Assembly: GCA_963765495.1 (NCBI GenBank)
Contig: CAVXWP010000007.1
Location: forward strand, 512,001 to 576,000
Length of the DNA stretch: 64,000 nt
Direction of reading: 5' to 3'
Origin: Blastocatellia bacterium
Lineage (GTDB): Bacteria; Acidobacteriota; Blastocatellia; UBA7656
Shown here: one piece after another, positions 47,920-56,441 of the stretch
How positions within the stretch are numbered: position 1 is the stretch's first letter
How the letters are laid out: each line of letters opens with the position of its first letter
Notes under the pieces: model-generated
Database searches by the model: none
Told to the model about the DNA's origin: nothing
Seen by the model: only the letters and a program-made list of their open reading frames with translations
Translations under genes and position numbers: made by a program

Positions 47920-50900
47920 ATGAGGGTTTCAATAAAGCGCGCAAGGCATTTGGGAAGTCTGGCAATTATTGTTGTTGGATTGGCAGGCTGGCTGGTTTTG
48001 CCGGGACTTTTAGGCCGGGCTACAACATCCGCTCATATCGGCGAACAGGGGTTGTCAAAGGGAGCACAGGTAGAGGCCGGACTCGACCCCCAACGCCAAA
48101 AAGCGCTTGAGAACCTCTATGCTCAATTTACGGCAGGCGCACCTTTTTCAAGAGAGGAATCCAATATCCTGACCAGATTTGGCGCAGGTGAGAAGATATA
48201 CGATCTTGAGGCCGATATAGTAATCTCTCGCGCGCTTTACGCTTATTACATTCTGGGCAAGGCATTGACGCGTGATCAGCAGGTTTTGCTCGACAGGTAC
48301 AGTTCAGCCGTTGCGCACCGAAACACCGATATAGCCGACCTGAAAGAACAGCTACAGCAGCGGCGCAAGGCTGCCGCCGCAAATGCGCCGCCTCGGACGA
48401 CACCCGAAGTTGCGCCCGCAAATGACACCTGCGCAGGCGCTCAGGTTGTTCCCGCCGCCGGGCCGTTTCCTTTTCTGACTACAACCGTCGATATCACCGA
48501 CGCGACAGGCACAAATGAACCGGCGCTCCCTACGTGCACGTCACCGGCATCGCCTCCCGATCCGACCGTTGTCACGCGAGGCGTCTGGTACACCTTTACT
48601 CCGTCAGCGACGGCAACCTACACCCTGGCCACCTGCGCGGAAGCGCCCACCGCTACGACGGTTGACGATACGGTTATGGCAATCTACACCTCCACGGGAG
48701 GTTGCGCCGGTCCGTTCACTCAGTTGGCGAATGATTCCGGGGATATTGACGGGTGTAACGACGACAGTTGCGTCACTTTACAATCATCATTGCAATCGCA
48801 AATAACGACGCGTCTCAATGCGAGCACTACATATTACATCGTGATCTCGCTTTATGGCTCAGACCCACCAATAACGGGCATGACAAATGTCCAGATGAGA
48901 ATTACCAAAGAGAACCCTCCTGTAAATGACACATGCGCGACAGCGCCTTCGCTATCGCTCAATACGCCTGTCACAGGGTCTTTAATAGCAGCGCAAAATG
49001 ATTATCAACTAAATAATTCAGGTTGTTTTTCAGGCGTAGGGCAGACGCCGTCAACCGCAGCGGGTCGCGATGTGGTCTATTCTTTCACAGCGCCTTCGGC
49101 GGGTACCTACTCATTCAGAGTTACAAAATATAACGGCAGCGAGAGCGATCTGGTTATGTATGCCGCAAGCACCTGTCCGGCGGCAACGCCCGGAACCCCT
49201 GTAACCGTTAGCGGTTGTCTGGGCGCATCCAATCGGTTCGTTTCCGATTTCTTTGGAGGCCCATTCTCTTCGGAGGAAATTACTTGTCTTTCGCTTACTG
49301 CGAGCCAGCAGATCTTCATATTCGTAGACCAGGATAGTTTGAGCACGGGCAGCACTTTTACCATCGAAGCGAACCAGTGTGTTCGCGAAACCGAGGCGAA
49401 TAATACTCCTGCCACAGCCAATCCTTTCGTATGCGGTATAGAAGGAAGTATTACTCCGGCAGGAGATGCGGATTTTTATTCTCTGGGGACATTTACGTCC
49501 GGCTCGCGTCTGTTTGCGCTGGTTGATGGCGTGGCCGCCAACGGGGACGATTTCGATCTGCGCGTGACCACAACCACCGACACACTTGAGTACGACGATA
49601 TAGATTCAACCGAAGCCTTTGGCGATAACTCGGGAACCGTTGCGGGTACGCCTCTAACGAGCGCGGCAACGTTTCTGAGGGTGAGCTATTTCGATCCCTC
49701 AACGGCGAGCGAGCCATATCGTGTGTACGCGGCGGTGCAACCTCCAATCGCTTCGGCTACTTCGGAAACCGAGCCGAACAACACAATAGGAACTGCCAAT
49801 TCGGCTGCGAATAACTATTTCACTGGAACGTTGAGCGGCCCGTCGCCATCGACCGATATAGACATCTATAGCTTCACGGGGCAGGCCGGAGACCTGGTAT
49901 TCATCGGTCTGGATGGCGACCCGCTTCGAAACAACACTCCGATCAATGCCAGGCTGGCATTGCTGGACTCGTCCGGCAACTTAATACTTGAAGTCAACAA
50001 CAACAATTCTTTTTCAAATACGACTTCGGGTGCGGGCAGCCTGACATCAACGACACCAAATTCGCCTGCCGAGTCTATCGTATTTCGGGTGATGACAGGA
50101 GGCACTTATTACGCGAGAGTAGCAATTGATTCATTCGCCACCGGAGCGGTTGCAAGCGGAGATTATCTGCTTTCGATAGCAAAGAATTGTACGACAGGCC
50201 CTTCGGTCAGCAATTCAATATCAGGGACGATCTCTTATTGCATCGACAACTCAAAGAAAGTCCCCAACGCCACCGTCCAGACTACCAGCGGTTCCCCTTC
50301 CGCTTCCACTACTACTAACGCCTCCGGCTTCTATCAACTCGATAACCTCGGCACTGGCCCTTACACCGTTGCTCCTTCCAAAACCGGTGCCGTCTCCGGC
50401 ATCTCTGCTCAGGATATCGGTATCCTCCGCCGCCTCGCCGCTGGCATCGATACCCCCACTCCCTGTCAATCCATCGCTGGCGATACAGATAACAACGGCT
50501 CGCTCGGCGCCCAGGACATCGGCTTCCTTCGAAGATTTGTCGCTCAACTTACTACCACTGGCATCACTGGCTCCTGGAAATTCTCTCCCGCCTCTAGGAG
50601 TTATCCCTCGCTTGTTTCAAATCAAACAAACCAGGATTACGATGCCTTGCTGATCGGAGATGTTGACGGCAACTGGACCCCCGCTGCTCCTGATCCTGCT
50701 TCATTTCAGAAGAGTCAGGCTCCTTCGGCCACTAACCTTGCCCTCTCTTTGCCCAGTGTCGTTGCTCCTCCCGGTTCTACTGATGTCTCTATCCCGGTCA
50801 TGGTTAACGGCACTCTCACAAACGGCGATTTCGTTTTGGGCTACACAATCGAGATCAGTTTCGATCCCAGCGTGCTGGTTCCACATTCGCCCTCATTCAA

Positions 50901-53667
50901 CACGACAGGGACGGTCTCATCGACCGGGGTCGTCACAGAGAACACGGGTGTGTCGGGGAGGCTCCGACTTGTGGTCGATTTCCAGAATCCGCTGATATTC
51001 ACAGGGCAGCAGACGCTGATAATATTGAGGTTCGATGTGGTAGGGACACAGGGACAGATGAGCGGGCTCAACTGGTTCTTCACGGAATTTGGGAGCGGCC
51101 CACCTGCCGTCACCACCACGACTACAAACGGCAACTTCACCGTCACAAGCCCCACTGCCGTAAAAGTCGATGCCTTCAAGGCCACGGGCTTTGACAAGGG
51201 CGTATATCTCCAGTGGCAGACCGGGTTTGAATCTACTAACCTCGGCTTCAACATCTATCGCCAGCAGGCGGGCAAACTCTCTCTTGTTACGCCTGAAATA
51301 TTGGCCGGGTCGGCGCTTTTGACAGGTGACACGCCCTTGCTTGCCGGGCGGAAATATTCGTGGTGGGATAATTCACCCGATAGTAAACAGGACGCGCTCT
51401 ATTATCTGGAAGACATTGACCTCAACGGCACAAGGAGCCTGCACGGGCCGATAGTTGCAACCAGAGCATCAGGCAATCCGCCTGCTGGCTCTCGGGCCGA
51501 GTTGTTGAGCCGGATGGGCAGAGGCAAGGCTACAATCAGCGACTACGTCGCTTCCTCCTCCCCTGGCAGCGCCCAACTGGCAACCGTTTCCTCAAAGAAA
51601 GGATTACAAAACTCCAGGCGAGAGACAGTGCCTGTTGATCTGGCGACCTCCTCTGCCATAAAGATGTGGATAGGCAATAGCGGGCTCTATCGCCTCACTC
51701 AGCCGCAACTGCTGAGCGCCGGCCTCGATTCCGGGATAGATCCGCGACTCTTGCAGATGTATGTCGACGGGCAGGAGGTTCCAATCCTTGTCACTGGCCA
51801 GGAGGACGGAAGATTTGATGCCACGGACACAGTGGAATTCTACGCTTCGGCAATCGACAGCCCGTTCACCTCGAAGCGGGTCTACTGGCTTGTGGCAGGG
51901 ACAGTGGCGGGAAGACGGATAACAAAAGTGACGAGTCCCGGGAAGGGGCAGAGCAACGCTAGTTTTACCTCGACCCTGGAGCGACGAGACAAGACGATCT
52001 ACTTTTCGAGTTTGAGGAACGGGGATGAGGAGAACTTCTTTGGGCCGGTCATAGCCTCGCAGGAAGTCGATCAGTCGATAGATGTGAAAGATATGGCAGC
52101 GGGAGGAGGAACTGGGGCAGTGCTTGAAGTGGGATTACAGGGAGTAAGTGCGGTCAACCATCGAGTAAAAGTGAGGTTGAACGGGACGGAGTTGGGAGAG
52201 GTAGATTACAGTGGGCAGGGAGCAGGAGTAGGGAGATTCACACTCTCAAGCGGGCAACTGGTGGAAGGAAGAAACGACATCAAGATGGAGGGGGTGGGAA
52301 CAGGAGGAGATGTGAGCCTGGCCGAGTATGTGAGAGTGAGCTATGAGAGGAGGTACAAGGCGGAAGGAGATGAGTTGAGATTCCGAGCAGAGGGGGGCCA
52401 GGAGGTAAAGATAGGAGGGTTCACAAGCGAACGGATACGAGTATTTGATGTAACGGAGGAAGGGAATGTAGTGGAGATAGGAGGAGCGATAGAAGAGAGC
52501 GGGAACGGGTATGAGATAGGGATCAAGGTAGGAGGAGCAGGAGAGAGAGAGATGATGGCGATAGAGGAAGGGGAGGTGAGAGAGGTAGGAGAGATGAGAA
52601 AGAACGAGGCGTCGAAGCTGAGAGCGACGAGCCAGGGAGCGGACCTGTTGATAATCACGACGGGAGAGATGGGAGGAAGTCTGGAAGGGTTGAAGGCGCT
52701 GAGACAGAGTCAGGGGATGGCGGTAGCGATAGTGAAGGTGGAAGACATCTATGACGAGTTCAGCCAGGGAGAGAAGACGCCGTATGCGATAAGAGAATTT
52801 CTGATATATGCGAAGAGGAACTGGAAGAGGAAGCCGGGATATGTGTTGATGGGAGGGGATGCGAGTTACGACCCGAAGAATTATCTGGGAGCGGGGGAAT
52901 GGGATCTGGTGCCGACGAAGTTGGTGGACACGGCGTATCTGGAGACGGCCTCAGATGAATGGATGGTGGACGAGGATGGAGACGGGATAGGAGAGATGGC
53001 GATAGGGCGACTGCCGATAAGGAGCGAGGAAGAAGGGATGAGGATGGTAGGGAAGATAATGAGTTATGAGAGAGGAGTATCGAGGAGGAGTGTGTTATTG
53101 GTATCGGATGCGAATGATGGATACAACTTTGAGCAGGCGAACGAAGAGTTGAAGGGGATGATACCGAAGGGGACGAGGATAGAAGAGGTAAAGAGGGGGC
53201 AGATGAGCGAGGAGGAAGCGAGGGCGAGGGTGATAGGAGGGATAAACGAAGGGCAGGCGATAGTGAGTTATGCAGGGCACGGGTCGGTGGATATATGGAG
53301 AGGAGAGATATTGAGGAGCGAGGATGGAGAGATAATGAGGAATGGTAATCAGTTGAGTGTATTTCTGATGATGACGTGTTTGAACGGATATTTTGAGGAT
53401 CCGATGTTGGAGAGTTTGGGAGAGGCGATGATGAAGGCGGAGAGGGGAGGAGCGGTAGCGGTATGGGGGTCGAGCGGGATGTGTGAAGCGGGAGAGCAGG
53501 CGGCAGTGAGCAAGGAGATGATGAGGGAGCTAAACAGTGTGGAGGGGTTGACGAAGAAGAAGGTGACGATAGGAGAAGCGGCGAGGAGGGCGAAGGGGAG
53601 GATAGGAGATGTGGATGTAAGGAGGACGTACGTGTTGTTGGGAGACCCGACTATGCGCCTCAGATAA
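47920..53667 (+). CDS. Secreted protein: PxNDTC and ETExNN (PPC-like) repeats + dockerin-like + cohesin-like + Ig-like + C25 peptidase domain (C25-3)
   Basis: GAGGAG RBS; PANDTC/PVNDTC, ETEANN/ETEPNN; GDTDNNGSLGAQD; ISFDPSVL; YAGHG, MTCLNG, LLGDP. Confidence 0.9.
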   Translation: MRVSIKRARHLGSLAIIVVGLAGWLVLPGLLGRATTSAHIGEQGLSKGAQVEAGLDPQRQKALENLYAQFTAGAPFSREESNILTRFGAGEKIYDLEADIVISRALYAYYILGKALTRDQQVLLDRYSSAVAHRNTDIADLKEQLQQRRKAAAANAPPRTTPEVAPANDTCAGAQVVPAAGPFPFLTTTVDITDATGTNEPALPTCTSPASPPDPTVVTRGVWYTFTPSATATYTLATCAEAPTATTVDDTVMAIYTSTGGCAGPFTQLANDSGDIDGCNDDSCVTLQSSLQSQITTRLNASTTYYIVISLYGSDPPITGMTNVQMRITKENPPVNDTCATAPSLSLNTPVTGSLIAAQNDYQLNNSGCFSGVGQTPSTAAGRDVVYSFTAPSAGTYSFRVTKYNGSESDLVMYAASTCPAATPGTPVTVSGCLGASNRFVSDFFGGPFSSEEITCLSLTASQQIFIFVDQDSLSTGSTFTIEANQCVRETEANNTPATANPFVCGIEGSITPAGDADFYSLGTFTSGSRLFALVDGVAANGDDFDLRVTTTTDTLEYDDIDSTEAFGDNSGTVAGTPLTSAATFLRVSYFDPSTASEPYRVYAAVQPPIASATSETEPNNTIGTANSAANNYFTGTLSGPSPSTDIDIYSFTGQAGDLVFIGLDGDPLRNNTPINARLALLDSSGNLILEVNNNNSFSNTTSGAGSLTSTTPNSPAESIVFRVMTGGTYYARVAIDSFATGAVASGDYLLSIAKNCTTGPSVSNSISGTISYCIDNSKKVPNATVQTTSGSPSASTTTNASGFYQLDNLGTGPYTVAPSKTGAVSGISAQDIGILRRLAAGIDTPTPCQSIAGDTDNNGSLGAQDIGFLRRFVAQLTTTGITGSWKFSPASRSYPSLVSNQTNQDYDALLIGDVDGNWTPAAPDPASFQKSQAPSATNLALSLPSVVAPPGSTDVSIPVMVNGTLTNGDFVLGYTIEISFDPSVLVPHSPSFNTTGTVSSTGVVTENTGVSGRLRLVVDFQNPLIFTGQQTLIILRFDVVGTQGQMSGLNWFFTEFGSGPPAVTTTTTNGNFTVTSPTAVKVDAFKATGFDKGVYLQWQTGFESTNLGFNIYRQQAGKLSLVTPEILAGSALLTGDTPLLAGRKYSWWDNSPDSKQDALYYLEDIDLNGTRSLHGPIVATRASGNPPAGSRAELLSRMGRGKATISDYVASSSPGSAQLATVSSKKGLQNSRRETVPVDLATSSAIKMWIGNSGLYRLTQPQLLSAGLDSGIDPRLLQMYVDGQEVPILVTGQEDGRFDATDTVEFYASAIDSPFTSKRVYWLVAGTVAGRRITKVTSPGKGQSNASFTSTLERRDKTIYFSSLRNGDEENFFGPVIASQEVDQSIDVKDMAAGGGTGAVLEVGLQGVSAVNHRVKVRLNGTELGEVDYSGQGAGVGRFTLSSGQLVEGRNDIKMEGVGTGGDVSLAEYVRVSYERRYKAEGDELRFRAEGGQEVKIGGFTSERIRVFDVTEEGNVVEIGGAIEESGNGYEIGIKVGGAGEREMMAIEEGEVREVGEMRKNEASKLRATSQGADLLIITTGEMGGSLEGLKALRQSQGMAVAIVKVEDIYDEFSQGEKTPYAIREFLIYAKRNWKRKPGYVLMGGDASYDPKNYLGAGEWDLVPTKLVDTAYLETASDEWMVDEDGDGIGEMAIGRLPIRSEEEGMRMVGKIMSYERGVSRRSVLLVSDANDGYNFEQANEELKGMIPKGTRIEEVKRGQMSEEEARARVIGGINEGQAIVSYAGHGSVDIWRGEILRSEDGEIMRNGNQLSVFLMMTCLNGYFEDPMLESLGEAMMKAERGGAVAVWGSSGMCEAGEQAAVSKEMMRELNSVEGLTKKKVTIGEAARRAKGRIGDVDVRRTYVLLGDPTMRLR

Positions 53668-53783
53668 CGGCTCTGACATTTTGAAAAGAGCGGATTATGC
53701 AAAGCAGGTTTGTATTTTGACGAATGGGGGATGTGGTATTGTCTGTTCTGGATTTACCTCGGCATAAAGTGAGAACCACCTGA

Positions 53784-54608
53784 ATGGAGAAAATTGACCG
53801 CCTGGGCTGGGCGGATGGGATCTCTTTTACCTCCTATGGTGTGCGGATAGGTATTAGAGTAAACAGGACCGAAGCTCTTGAGCGCATAAAAGAGCATTTG
53901 CCTCCGGGATGGAAGTTCTCGCGGGCAAAGATCGTTGATCGGTTGTATTCGCTCATAATTGGCGGCTCGGGAGCGAAGCCTAATGTCCGCCGCTTCAATA
54001 TACTTTATGCCGATCTGTTAAAGATCGCTCGAACGCTCGATCTGGATGCTGTGCTTGATACGCTCGAATCGGATTTGCAGCTTTATGTTGCAGAAGAGGC
54101 GCGTCGGAGAGTCTTTGTGCATGCGGGCGTCGTCGCATGGGACGGGCAGGCCATAGTAATCCCCGGACGCAGCCATTCGGGGAAGACCACTCTGGTGACG
54201 GAATTCGTGCGAGCCGGAGCAGTTTATTATTCGGATGAATATGCAGTACTCGATCAACAGGGGCGCGTCCATCCTTATCCTCGCCCGCTTGGAATAAGGG
54301 AAGGCGACTCCAGCAAACAGACAAAATATCCTGTGGAAGAGATAGGCGGTAGGGCCGGGATTAAGCCCTTGCCAGTTGGAATGGTGGTGGTAAGCAAGTA
54401 TAGAAATGGGGCGCGGTGGCGGCCTCGTAAACTGACTCCCGGGCAGGGGGCGCTGGCTTTACTCGACAATACGGTCTCTGCCCGCAGACAGCCGGAAAAG
54501 GCCCTTTCAGCCTTCAAACACATAGTGCCTCAGGCGGTTGTGCTTAAGGGCGAAAGAGGTGAAGCCAGCGAGGTTGTTAACTCGATATTAACTAGGATAA
54601 TGGCTTGA
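53784..54608 (+). CDS. HPr kinase-related P-loop kinase
   Basis: FVHAGVV, PGRSHSGKTTL, YYSDEYA, PYPRPL. Confidence 0.88.
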   Translation: MEKIDRLGWADGISFTSYGVRIGIRVNRTEALERIKEHLPPGWKFSRAKIVDRLYSLIIGGSGAKPNVRRFNILYADLLKIARTLDLDAVLDTLESDLQLYVAEEARRRVFVHAGVVAWDGQAIVIPGRSHSGKTTLVTEFVRAGAVYYSDEYAVLDQQGRVHPYPRPLGIREGDSSKQTKYPVEEIGGRAGIKPLPVGMVVVSKYRNGARWRPRKLTPGQGALALLDNTVSARRQPEKALSAFKHIVPQAVVLKGERGEASEVVNSILTRIMA

Positions 54609-54625
54609 ATTATTAAAGGTTTTGA

Positions 54626-54655
54626 TTGACTTTTTCAGGCATTACGTTGTATAAC
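54626..54655 (+). promoter_or_regulatory. Sigma70-type promoter for the PqqD-peptide gene
   Basis: TTGACT-18 nt-TATAAC, then GGAGAG RBS. Confidence 0.65.
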
Positions 54656-54708
54656 CCAAGCACGTGAAAAACGATGCTTATAGCTGCTTTTAAGCTCATG
54701 GAGAGTAT

Positions 54709-55188
54709 ATGAAGAATACAGATCAAGTTTTACCGCTCGCTCGGAAGGACGGACTGGTTGTTCAAGAGTTACCTGATGAAGTATTAATCTATGATTTAGA
54801 TCGACATAAAGCTCATTGCCTCAATCCAACTGCTGCTCTTGTCTGGAATCATTGCGACGGCCAGATGACTATGACCGAGATGATAGGTATCCTGAAGGAA
54901 GAAACACACTCTCCAATAGATGAGGATGTGGTGTGGCTGGCTCTTGATCAATTAGCCAAAACCCATCTGTTATCTGAGCAGGTAATCCGGCCTACAGGAA
55001 GCGGGAAACTCAATCGAAGAGACGTGATGCGACGCATAGGCTGGGCAGCGGCAGTGGCACTTCCACTGGTCACAAGCATCGTCGCCCCATCTGCGGTTCA
55101 GGCCGTGACCTGTAGAGCACCCGGACAACCCTGCACTACAGGCGTGCAATGCTGTTCAGGTGTGTGCAACACTACAACGTGCGCGTAG
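54709..55188 (+). CDS. PqqD/RRE domain fused to a twin-arginine signal and a 6-Cys peptide (putative RiPP precursor)
   Basis: VVQELPDEVLIYD...HCLNPTAALVWNHCDG...ALDQL (PqqD pattern); NRRDVMRR + hydrophobic stretch + AVQA; VTCRAPGQPCTTGVQCCSGVCNTTTCA. Confidence 0.88.
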   Translation: MKNTDQVLPLARKDGLVVQELPDEVLIYDLDRHKAHCLNPTAALVWNHCDGQMTMTEMIGILKEETHSPIDEDVVWLALDQLAKTHLLSEQVIRPTGSGKLNRRDVMRRIGWAAAVALPLVTSIVAPSAVQAVTCRAPGQPCTTGVQCCSGVCNTTTCA

Positions 55189-55257
55189 TCCGAATACGCC
55201 GTCTATCAACTGACATTATCGGCTGCTGCCTCTATCGGTGAGTGAAGGTCTATCTTC

Positions 55258-56328
55258 ATGGTCGAGGCCGACGCAGATAATTCACTTGGAGAACAGGTTT
55301 CAGCCGTCCTTACTGGAGCCTGGCGTTGTGATCCTCCTGTTCCCGACTTTTCAGTTCGAGAATTGAGTGAAGTCGCTCCCCTGCTTTTAGGGTCCGGGGG
55401 AGCGGCTTTGGGCTGGTGGCGAGTTCGCCTATCTCATCTTAAAGACTCTCCTGCGGCGCTGGAACTGCAACACGCCTATCGCATTCATACGTTGAATTCC
55501 TTTGTGCACGAACGGGCGATAAAAGAGGTTTTCGCGCTCTTGCGCTCGGCGGGGATCGAGCCTGTGCTCGTTAAAGGCTGGGCGATTGCCCGCCTCTATC
55601 CTGAAAAATGTCTCCGCCCTTACGGAGACCTCGACCTTTGCTTTCGGCCCGAACAATACGAGCAGGCTTCGGATGTGCTGGAGAGTCCCGAGGGCAGGCA
55701 TTACAACGTAGACGCGCACGAAGGGTTTGCCAAACTCGACGATTACAGCGTAGACGAATTGTACAGTCGTTCCGAGTTGATAGCTCTGGATAACATCGAA
55801 GTGCGCGTGTTGGGGCCTGAAGATCATCTTCGCATTCTGTGCGTGCACCTGCTCAGGCATGGGGCGTTTCGGCCTTCGTGGTTGTGCGACATCGCGGTGG
55901 CGCTCGAAAATCGACCCGCCGACTTCGATTGGAATCGATGTCTTGGAAAAGAGACCCGAAAGGCCGGCTGGGTTGTCTCATCGCTCGCTCTTGCCCATAG
56001 ATTACTGGGCGCGAGAGTGGATGATACTCCGGCAGCGGGCGCAAGCGCGCGGCTTCCGTCCTGGCTGGTTGCGCACGTCCTCAAGCAATGGGAAGCCCCC
56101 TATCCGGCGCTCTACCCGCCGATGAGTTATTATCCCCCGTTGATTACTTACTTCCGTCATCCGGCTGGATTTCTGAAGGCTCTTCGCAAGCGATGGCCCG
56201 ACCCGCTTGAGGCTACGATAAGATTGGAAAGACCGATAGATGAAGCCCCGCGGCTCCCTTATCAGATAGGTTATTGTCTCTTGCGATTAAAGAACTTTCT
56301 GGCGAGCCTGCTGAAATCATCCGAATGA
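55258..56328 (+). CDS. Nucleotidyltransferase family protein (NTP_transf_5-like)
   Basis: GIEPVLVKGWAIARLYP...RPYGDLDL, VDAH, LGPEDHL..LCVH, WLCDIA. Confidence 0.88.
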   Translation: MVEADADNSLGEQVSAVLTGAWRCDPPVPDFSVRELSEVAPLLLGSGGAALGWWRVRLSHLKDSPAALELQHAYRIHTLNSFVHERAIKEVFALLRSAGIEPVLVKGWAIARLYPEKCLRPYGDLDLCFRPEQYEQASDVLESPEGRHYNVDAHEGFAKLDDYSVDELYSRSELIALDNIEVRVLGPEDHLRILCVHLLRHGAFRPSWLCDIAVALENRPADFDWNRCLGKETRKAGWVVSSLALAHRLLGARVDDTPAAGASARLPSWLVAHVLKQWEAPYPALYPPMSYYPPLITYFRHPAGFLKALRKRWPDPLEATIRLERPIDEAPRLPYQIGYCLLRLKNFLASLLKSSE

Positions 56329-56441
56329 TGCGTAAAGAGTGAAGAGTGATGCGTGCCTTTCAGGCAATCAACTGTTAACCATCTCATCGCTGACTTCATA
56401 AATCACGAATCACGTATCGCTCCTCACTCTTTACATTTCAT

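Noticed and set aside
50250-53650. Skew switch as a replication origin or DGR variable region
   Set aside because: Lies within an intact CDS; no DnaA-box cluster, reverse transcriptase or template/variable repeat pair was seen
35003-53667. Canonical T9SS cargo or true gingipain virulence proteases
   Set aside because: Proteins end at the C25 domain with no T9SS CTD, domain order differs from gingipains and no por/gld/spr genes are in the window
52341-53702. Ser/Pro/Ile-rich minus-strand ORFs
   Set aside because: By-product of the purine skew in C25-3
53784-56328. Lasso peptide or PQQ biosynthesis cluster
   Set aside because: No lasso cyclase, B2 protease, lasso-type precursor or pqqBCE/radical SAM gene in the window
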